A stretch of DNA of 64,000 nucleotides from a virus: positions 23,480-87,479 of IMG/VR virus record IMGVR_UViG_3300002038_000006, one strand, 5' to 3'. The notes beneath the pieces are model-generated. The model searched no databases and was not told where the DNA came from. It saw nothing but the letters and a program-made list of their open reading frames with translations. A program made the translations under genes and the position numbers. Position 1 is the first letter of the stretch, and each line of letters starts with the position of its first letter. This document shows positions 57,646-64,000 of this stretch, piece by piece.

Positions 57646-58779
57646 TTACAATACTCCTTCAAGAAGATTAAACATCTCCTCTTTCTTAGACACATCAATT
57701 GTATCAAGACGACTATCGAGTAAACGTACAACTGAGTCTTTAGTAATGTCCACGGTTTGATACTTGGTAACTAGTTCTACCTTTGAATCATTAACCATGT
57801 CCTCTGCTGCTTCACGATTCACTGTCCACTTGACATGTTCCCACATCATTTCTAGTTCACGTTTAGCTGCTGCTACTTCTGACCCTGCCCTTGCAATAAT
57901 TCTGACATGCGAATTAATAGGTAACTTCTCTACGCGGTCTTTTAAAACATCCATCGTATCTGAGAGAGTCATATCCAAACAATTGATTGTGATAAACTTA
58001 GTTGCTAGGTCATTCTCCACAAACATTAATTCATCTTTACCAGTACCGTTAACATTTATCTTAATACGATAATGTCCTTTAGCGCCTTCTTCCCCGTGAC
58101 ACAATCTATCGAACGAGCCGTTGACTGTTACACGCTTATGTTGACGTTGGGTATGGTGATGACCAATGTTTACGTAATGTTCTGTTATACCAAGGTAACG
58201 TTCAGAAAGATGATGACTAATATTAATGTGTGCAGGAATTTGAAACTCAAACATCCCATGCATAATACTAAAATCTACTTTCTCTAAACCTCGGTCATGT
58301 AACAGACCTTGAACCTGCTTCCAAGTATCATTAGGGTCGTGTTCCCACTCATCTGGTACATAGAGTACATTTATATCTAAAGACTCTATATATTCGATTG
58401 AGAGATTCTCAACCCACTTGAAATCACATTTGGATTCTACTAATTCATGTATCTGTGTAAACATGCAACCTTGCTTCCAGTCATGGGAGGGAGTGCCTTC
58501 CAACAACCTTAATACAATATTGTGTTCCTCACATAGACGAATCAAATACCTTACGAATATTTGTATCTCGCCTACACCACCGAATGATAGATACAAGTTA
58601 CGGTCAAAGAAATCACCAGCAATAAAGATAACATCTAATTCAGAAGTTTCTTTGTCATTAGGGAAAGCTTTATATAGACCGTCAACTATGTTCACAGTAG
58701 GTACTCTAGGGTGACCTAAGTGAATGTCAGAAATGGTAGCAACGTTTAATTCGCCTTGCTTACCTCTCTTGGAAATCAT
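57646..58779 (-). CDS. Mre11/SbcD-like metallophosphoesterase nuclease
   Basis: SDIHLGH, AGDFFDR, GTPSHD, MHGMF, IGHHH, GSFDRL. Confidence 0.88.
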   Translation of the reverse strand: MISKRGKQGELNVATISDIHLGHPRVPTVNIVDGLYKAFPNDKETSELDVIFIAGDFFDRNLYLSFGGVGEIQIFVRYLIRLCEEHNIVLRLLEGTPSHDWKQGCMFTQIHELVESKCDFKWVENLSIEYIESLDINVLYVPDEWEHDPNDTWKQVQGLLHDRGLEKVDFSIMHGMFEFQIPAHINISHHLSERYLGITEHYVNIGHHHTQRQHKRVTVNGSFDRLCHGEEGAKGHYRIKINVNGTGKDELMFVENDLATKFITINCLDMTLSDTMDVLKDRVEKLPINSHVRIIARAGSEVAAAKRELEMMWEHVKWTVNREAAEDMVNDSKVELVTKYQTVDITKDSVVRLLDSRLDTIDVSKKEEMFNLLEGVL

Positions 58780-58782
58780 CTA

Positions 58783-59334
58783 CTACATTTCCTCAAAATC
58801 ATCTTCGCCTAACTCCATCTCAGGTTTAGCAGGCTCTAAATCAGTTTTTGGTTCGAGTCCAGCTATTAATGGATAGCCGTAATACTTAAGTATCTCATTC
58901 CACTGACGAACCTCTTCTACACTAACGCCTTCTTTAACAACCTTACCGCCAAGATTATCAACTAAGAACTTAACGCCCAAACTTGGATGTCTGTCTTGAT
59001 GTTGTCTAGCTTCGTTGCTTATCGTACCCGCGCTGTTACGTGGGTCGGCATTAATGAGAGTAGGGTGACGTTTGATTAATGGTGGTACTACGAATAGTAC
59101 ACGTTTATCTTTAACTACGTTTACTGACTCATACGCACTGCCCGCTACATCTAACCACGGGGATAAGTCTACATCTTTCTCGGTAGATACGAACATAGGT
59201 AAGTATTTACGACGGAATTCTGTTTCAGGTATTGCCCTGACAATATCATCTGTCATTTCACCAATAGATACCATTGCATCTACTAGGTCTTGTGGCATTG
59301 TGATGTCATTTACTTCATATTCTTTATCCGACAT
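58783..59334 (-). CDS. Conserved hypothetical protein
   Basis: IPETEFRRKYLPMF, W..VAGS, LFVVPPL, W..IL.YYG. Confidence 0.6.
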   Translation of the reverse strand: MSDKEYEVNDITMPQDLVDAMVSIGEMTDDIVRAIPETEFRRKYLPMFVSTEKDVDLSPWLDVAGSAYESVNVVKDKRVLFVVPPLIKRHPTLINADPRNSAGTISNEARQHQDRHPSLGVKFLVDNLGGKVVKEGVSVEEVRQWNEILKYYGYPLIAGLEPKTDLEPAKPEMELGEDDFEEM

Positions 59335-59740
59335 TTAACAACTCCCCGTTATTTAATTGGTTAACAACGCGTTGAATGGTGGAATTACGAACCGCTAATA
59401 GATATTGTAAATCAGCAGTCTTACCATCGTTAGTAATGATACCAGTAACAACTATCTCCAACTGTGCACCATCTTCTTTAATGGTTACATCGATATCAAC
59501 CGTATCGAATTGTTTCTTGAGATATTCATCAAGAACTTTCTGCATTACCGATTGTAGTTCAACTAGACTATTACTGTACTTAGAAATAATCCATTGAATA
59601 CTAGTGACCTTACCAGCAAATGTAACCGACTGGGAATTATCGCTAGTAAAGGCATACGACATAATAGCATCCAATCGCTCAGCCGTATCTTCATTATGCA
59701 ACCAACCTTTAGCTGCTAACTTAGGTACTGTACGTGCCAT
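59324..59740 (-). CDS. Conserved protein, possibly T4 gp25-like baseplate/sheath initiator
   Basis: VPKL...GW, SDNSQS..F.G.VTS; GGAG RBS before ATG 59740; gp25 similarity tentative. Confidence 0.5.
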   Translation of the reverse strand: MARTVPKLAAKGWLHNEDTAERLDAIMSYAFTSDNSQSVTFAGKVTSIQWIISKYSNSLVELQSVMQKVLDEYLKKQFDTVDIDVTIKEDGAQLEIVVTGIITNDGKTADLQYLLAVRNSTIQRVVNQLNNGELLNVG

Positions 59741-59794
59741 TTTTTGAAACTCCATTACAAAAAAGAAAGGATGGTTAATCCCCTCTTCTATTTT

Positions 59795-60403
59795 TTACAG
59801 CCTATCGTTTAAACGAGAAGTAGTATCTTCTCTACGACGCTTCATCAACGTACGTTGAGTCTGCCATGCTGATTCAATATCGACCTGTTGTACAAATGTC
59901 AATTCGTCTTCTTCATTTACATGAGATTCAAAATAACTTGTACATTCACCATTACCTTCATCGTCTTCGATGTAGATACCGTCAGTAACTCTACGGTAGT
60001 CATAATGGTCTTCGGCAATACGTGTAGGTTCCCAATCTTCATATGTTTCAGAGTAACCGTCACATAATTGGTCATTACGCATTTTACGAACTACTGGGTC
60101 AGCCATAAGCCAACGCTGCATAGTAATCTGCGCTTGCTGTAAACCGCCTAACGTTCCTATAGACTTAATATCATCGGTATCCCACATATGTCGGAACTTA
60201 CGAGCTAAGGCTTCGGTACGTCGGAATGCTTCATCACTTGTGGCACGTTCAACCATCTCGCGTTTATCTTCGAGAAAGCTACGTCCCATTTCGGTTAGAT
60301 TTTCCCAACCCTGAGAGAACTGCTGCTTTACATAATCAACAGTTCCTTGATGAGGCATACCATAGACAGCAGCGTCGAATACATCCAAACTTTCTATTTC
60401 CAC
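59795..60403 (-). CDS. Conserved phiKZ-like core hypothetical protein
   Basis: MQRWLMADP..R, CDGYSETY, HYDYRRVTDG. Confidence 0.65.
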   Translation of the reverse strand: MEIESLDVFDAAVYGMPHQGTVDYVKQQFSQGWENLTEMGRSFLEDKREMVERATSDEAFRRTEALARKFRHMWDTDDIKSIGTLGGLQQAQITMQRWLMADPVVRKMRNDQLCDGYSETYEDWEPTRIAEDHYDYRRVTDGIYIEDDEGNGECTSYFESHVNEEDELTFVQQVDIESAWQTQRTLMKRRREDTTSRLNDRL

Positions 60404-61282
60404 CTATATGTCCCCTTTTATTAAACTCCTGACGTACTTAGAATTATCGTCGGTGAGGGGTAAGATAACACAATCGTGATATAGTTTCTTACTGCCCGTC
60501 TTAATTCTCCTAGCTATGCCAGATAGATGTAAACCAGTTAATCTTGAAGTTTCACGTATAGAAGAATATAAAGTAATTTCTTTAGTGACCGTATTACCTA
60601 CGATTACCTCTGTATATTTACTCATATCACCGCTATATAAAACTTCCTCTATAGTCATACCAGACTTTATTCGTTTGCATATGGTATCTGGAGTAACTCC
60701 AATCTCTCTACTCCATTCACATATGGTTAATTTTCTACCATCGTGTTCGAGTATGGTATTGTTGTTTTTGTTATTGGCCTGCTCTATGTGAGTAGCCCAA
60801 CGACAATTAGATGGTTCATAATTACCATCGTTGTCAATCCTATCCATAGTGCACCCGTCAGGTCTTTCCCCCATATCGAGTACAAAATCTTCAAAGGAAT
60901 TAACCCAACGTTCACAAACCTTTATACCCCTACCGCCATAGTCAGGGTAATTGTTAGCCTTAGGGTTGTAACATCTAGTAACCATACCTTTATATGTTGG
61001 ATATAATGGGTGTTTACTTCTACCGTGTCGTGTAACCAACTCCAAGTTATAACACCCACAAGATACAATTTTACCGTAACGTAGATTATCGCCCAATACC
61101 GATTTTAAAGTACCGCAGGAACATCTACAAAGCCAGTACGGTCTTTTCCTATCTCCAAACCTACCGGCGAAACATACGACCGCATACCTACCGTACGTTT
61201 CCCCAGTTATATCTATAAGGGAACTAGGTAAGGTAGCGTCTGGTAAATATAACTCGGGATTCTCGAGCGTATCTATTTCCAT
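60404..61282 (-). mobile_element. Free-standing HNH homing endonuclease with N-terminal Cys domain
   Basis: WLCRCSCG...SCGC, DYGGRGIKVCERW, MDRIDNDGNYEPSNCRWAT, C-terminal HTH. Confidence 0.88.
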
Positions 61283-61344
61283 ACTAGTTTCCTTTTATTT
61301 ATTTAGCCTACCTATAAAGATAGGCACTAGTGTAATTTTACCCT

Positions 61345-62502
61345 TTATTCCACAACATCTTCAGTGAGTTCTTCGAAGAACATGTCTAATTCTTTAAGAC
61401 GTAATTCGGTGTCATCGTTAAGGTGTTGCATGAAAGTAAGGTTGAAGTGTTGGAACGGTACGAATATAATTCCACGATGTGAACGTACTATATCGTCACC
61501 CCATTCACCTTCAATTCCTTCAGGTATGTCATCTGGATGATATATGCCTATTCTAGCTTTCATTCGTTCTTTCACGAACTGCATTGTATTAGCGTCAGGC
61601 TGATACTCAGAGTTTGCTTCAGGCGAAATACTACAGGCAGGATTATAGCGGTCTATGTTCTCATTGTAACAGATATCATAAATCGCTAGTTCATCTTTAG
61701 TCATTGAACGTGGTGGCATGTGTAAGAAGAATGGATTATTAGGTAACTGGTCGCGGGCAGAATAGAAGTTAGCCATTGCTTCTTCTAAAACGTCCTTAGC
61801 TATATCAGTTTCCAAGTTAGGGTAATCCGAATCCAAAGCAATCGGGTCGAGGTATTGGTTTACACCATCGGTAACCTCATCCGCTGCCTTTATAAGGAAC
61901 TCTTCTAAGATAGCCCCGTTAACTTTAATGAACTCCATTACATTTTCATCCAGTGCATGTATGTCTACATCCTCGAACTCTGCAATTTGTTCTTCTAACG
62001 GGATACCTTCTTCATGTGCCCACACAATCTGTACATAACGCCATGGGAGCATTTGTCCATGATGTTTCTCTATCTCACACTCTTCACGAATGATGAATGT
62101 AGAATAGTTTACAGCTCGTGATACTTCGTCCAACAGAGGATTTCGATATGCTTCTTTGTCCTCTGGTTCTGCTACCACAGTGTGTCCTTGCTTGTCAACA
62201 TCGAATAACACATCTTTATCTAATTCATCACTAACTGAAAGACATTGACAACTTGGGTCGCCTACCATATTTTCAAATAGTGATGGAGTTACGTTAGTTG
62301 AGTGGTCACCCAACGGTAATTTAATTCTTACATCTAACAATCCCTGAGACAGTCTATTGTGCGTATGCATTTCTAACGCACTACTGCCTTCAGCTTCCAC
62401 AGTATGTATTATTGTTTTACGTTGCAACAGTGCGGCTAAACCGATGATGTTTATGTCATCGGCTGTCGGGTTAACCGGTACGTTGATGTTTAATGTTTTC
62501 AT
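61345..62502 (-). CDS. Acidic hypothetical protein
   Basis: 385 aa, AAGGG RBS. Confidence 0.6.
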   Translation of the reverse strand: MKTLNINVPVNPTADDINIIGLAALLQRKTIIHTVEAEGSSALEMHTHNRLSQGLLDVRIKLPLGDHSTNVTPSLFENMVGDPSCQCLSVSDELDKDVLFDVDKQGHTVVAEPEDKEAYRNPLLDEVSRAVNYSTFIIREECEIEKHHGQMLPWRYVQIVWAHEEGIPLEEQIAEFEDVDIHALDENVMEFIKVNGAILEEFLIKAADEVTDGVNQYLDPIALDSDYPNLETDIAKDVLEEAMANFYSARDQLPNNPFFLHMPPRSMTKDELAIYDICYNENIDRYNPACSISPEANSEYQPDANTMQFVKERMKARIGIYHPDDIPEGIEGEWGDDIVRSHRGIIFVPFQHFNLTFMQHLNDDTELRLKELDMFFEELTEDVVE

Positions 62503-62531
62503 TGTTACTTCCCTTTTATTTAAAGTAATTG

Positions 62532-63095
62532 TTAATCGCGTAAACGGTTGCTTAACTCGTACTGAACTTTCTCAGCAGTATGTTCACCAACCATTGGTTT
62601 ATTACATCTGAATGAGTCACTCAACAATCCTCTAAGTAAAAAGGTATCGTCTATGTTTCTCGATTCATCTTCGGTCACCTTACCTCGACCACTAAGTATG
62701 TAAGGATAGTCTGATAGGAAATCTAACAGGATGCCTCTATTAACGAACTTGGTTTGTTCTCGCCAATGTATGACATCATGTAGGAATAATGTAGGAGATT
62801 CAAATACTGTGGGACGTTTGTTTCCGCCCTCGCAATATAATCCAACCCAACTATCTTCCTCGTCCATAACTCTGTCTAATCCACACTTAGTACGCATTAC
62901 GTAAGGTAACAGGTAGCGCTGTACTTCTGTAGAGTCCCATCGATTGATAGTAGCTATAGTCAAGAATCTTTCTGCCGCATTCTTGAGTACATCATCTAAT
63001 ACAAATATTTCTTTAAGATACGCTGCATCAGCAGCAATCGCTTCAAGTAAAGTCCCTTTAAAGACCTTGTAAAATTGTTCTATACCATCGCTCAT
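62532..63095 (-). CDS. Hypothetical protein
   Basis: 187 aa, GGAG RBS. Confidence 0.6.
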   Translation of the reverse strand: MSDGIEQFYKVFKGTLLEAIAADAAYLKEIFVLDDVLKNAAERFLTIATINRWDSTEVQRYLLPYVMRTKCGLDRVMDEEDSWVGLYCEGGNKRPTVFESPTLFLHDVIHWREQTKFVNRGILLDFLSDYPYILSGRGKVTEDESRNIDDTFLLRGLLSDSFRCNKPMVGEHTAEKVQYELSNRLRD

Positions 63096-63107
63096 GGAAT
63101 ATCTCCT

Positions 63108-63827
63108 CTAAGTCAATAAGCGTTCCACCCAATATTCAGTTGTTTCAATACATGATTCCGTATCTTCACGTATCTGTTTAAGTACGTCGTAATCGAAATC
63201 TTCTTTACGTATCAAGAATGTGCCACTAGAATAATACCAGCGTTCACCCGGATACTGCCTTAGTTCTTCTTCAGCTTCTTCACAGACACCACGCATGTCA
63301 ATAACTTTGATGTTGGCTCGGATATAATCCTGAGCGTACTTAAGTTTATTTTCACACAACATACCTGACCGAAGAGTTGCTCTCAGAGCTACTGATGTTG
63401 CCAAACCATGTGCAGCGCCATCGTAGTGGTCATTATAAACAACGGGAGTGTTAATCAGTTCCCGATATTCTTTGTACCACAAATTCACAGATTGTATCGC
63501 AAGATAGAGACCATCTTTAATTTCAGTAATAACCATAGTGTTACTGATGTTGATGTCTATGTATAACGTCAATCTTACTCCATCGAAATAAAACTTCCAC
63601 CATCCATGTTCATGCAGCTCTCCATCGCGCATGAATTTGATAATGATTGTTTCTTCGAATAACGGACTAAGGCCATATAACCACAGTCTTATGTTCTCCA
63701 TACTCTCATACACCTTTGGGTGTGGATGATTCGAATATAGAGGACTTAGTTTATTGTACTTGGGTTTTATATGTAACCCTTGTATCTTAGTGCTGAACGA
63801 GCCAACACCTTTACTACTTAATGACAT
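63108..63827 (-). CDS. Hypothetical protein
   Basis: 239-aa ORF co-oriented with neighbours. Confidence 0.55.
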   Translation of the reverse strand: MSLSSKGVGSFSTKIQGLHIKPKYNKLSPLYSNHPHPKVYESMENIRLWLYGLSPLFEETIIIKFMRDGELHEHGWWKFYFDGVRLTLYIDINISNTMVITEIKDGLYLAIQSVNLWYKEYRELINTPVVYNDHYDGAAHGLATSVALRATLRSGMLCENKLKYAQDYIRANIKVIDMRGVCEEAEEELRQYPGERWYYSSGTFLIRKEDFDYDVLKQIREDTESCIETTEYWVERLLT

Positions 63828-63906
63828 TTCTAGGGGTTTCCTATTACTTAGTTATACTCTGGAGAGAGTGGGTAGTTTAAACCACCCATTTTATTATAGT
63901 GTTGTT

Positions 63907-63999
63907 CTATTTAGCCACCACACGACTTGTCTCCACAATAAATCTGTTCTGGTAGAGAGTGAATAACTCTTTCGCCATTAAGAAATGTGGTTTATCCTT
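63907..63999 (-). CDS. 3' end of a CDS entering from beyond the window
   Basis: 30 open codons then TAG, followed by hairpin at about 63866-63890. Confidence 0.35.
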   Translation of the reverse strand, partial: KDKPHFLMAKELFTLYQNRFIVETSRVVAK

Positions 64000-64000
64000 A

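Noticed and set aside
58845-58865. GGTTCGAGTCC resembling a tRNA T-loop
   Set aside because: Inside a CDS, with no acceptor, D or anticodon stems
1457-63966. Many 60-150 aa antisense or alternate-frame ORFs in the track (e.g. 18843-19421 +, 27397-27954 +, 42036-42482 +)
   Set aside because: They lie opposite long well-formed genes, lack RBSs, and show Ser/Leu/Ala-rich shadow composition
1-64000. CRISPR array, rRNA or IS element
   Set aside because: No regularly spaced repeats, rRNA-like or transposase sequence recognised
1-64000. Chimallin (ChmA) or PhuZ gene
   Set aside because: Not recognised in this window; nucleus formation is inferred only from picA and core synteny

Overview
This AT-rich window is about 64 kb of the conserved core of a phiKZ-like (Chimalliviridae, probably nucleus-forming) jumbo phage; the host is not determinable from the sequence. 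Read on the minus strand, gene order follows the phiKZ gp60s-gp120s region. It runs from an SSB-like protein and an Mre11/SbcD nuclease through the nvRNAP specificity subunit (gp68-like), PicA/Imp1 (gp69-like), gp70-like, nvRNAP beta-C and beta'-C, and an SF2 helicase. It continues through a vRNAP beta' piece, one half of a split family-B DNA polymerase, head and baseplate proteins, a DnaB-like helicase, the major capsid protein and nvRNAP beta-N. Accessory genes include three related HNH endonucleases, a GNAT, an SLT-LysM transglycosylase and a Dam-family methyltransferase with a degenerate catalytic motif. The most notable observations are: (1) a stand-alone mimic of the bacterial RNAP alpha-CTD in an apparent early cassette; (2) PicA and a HExxH virion protein each split by a +1 frame break, with a third candidate +1 break; (3) a candidate programmed -1 frameshift (T TTT TTT) joining two conserved genes; (4) a recurrent hairpin-TTATGCCG intergenic element; (5) HNH genes whose 5' ends copy the start of the downstream gene. 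All phiKZ gene-number assignments come from remembered motifs and synteny, not from database searches. No tRNA, rRNA or CRISPR array was recognised.
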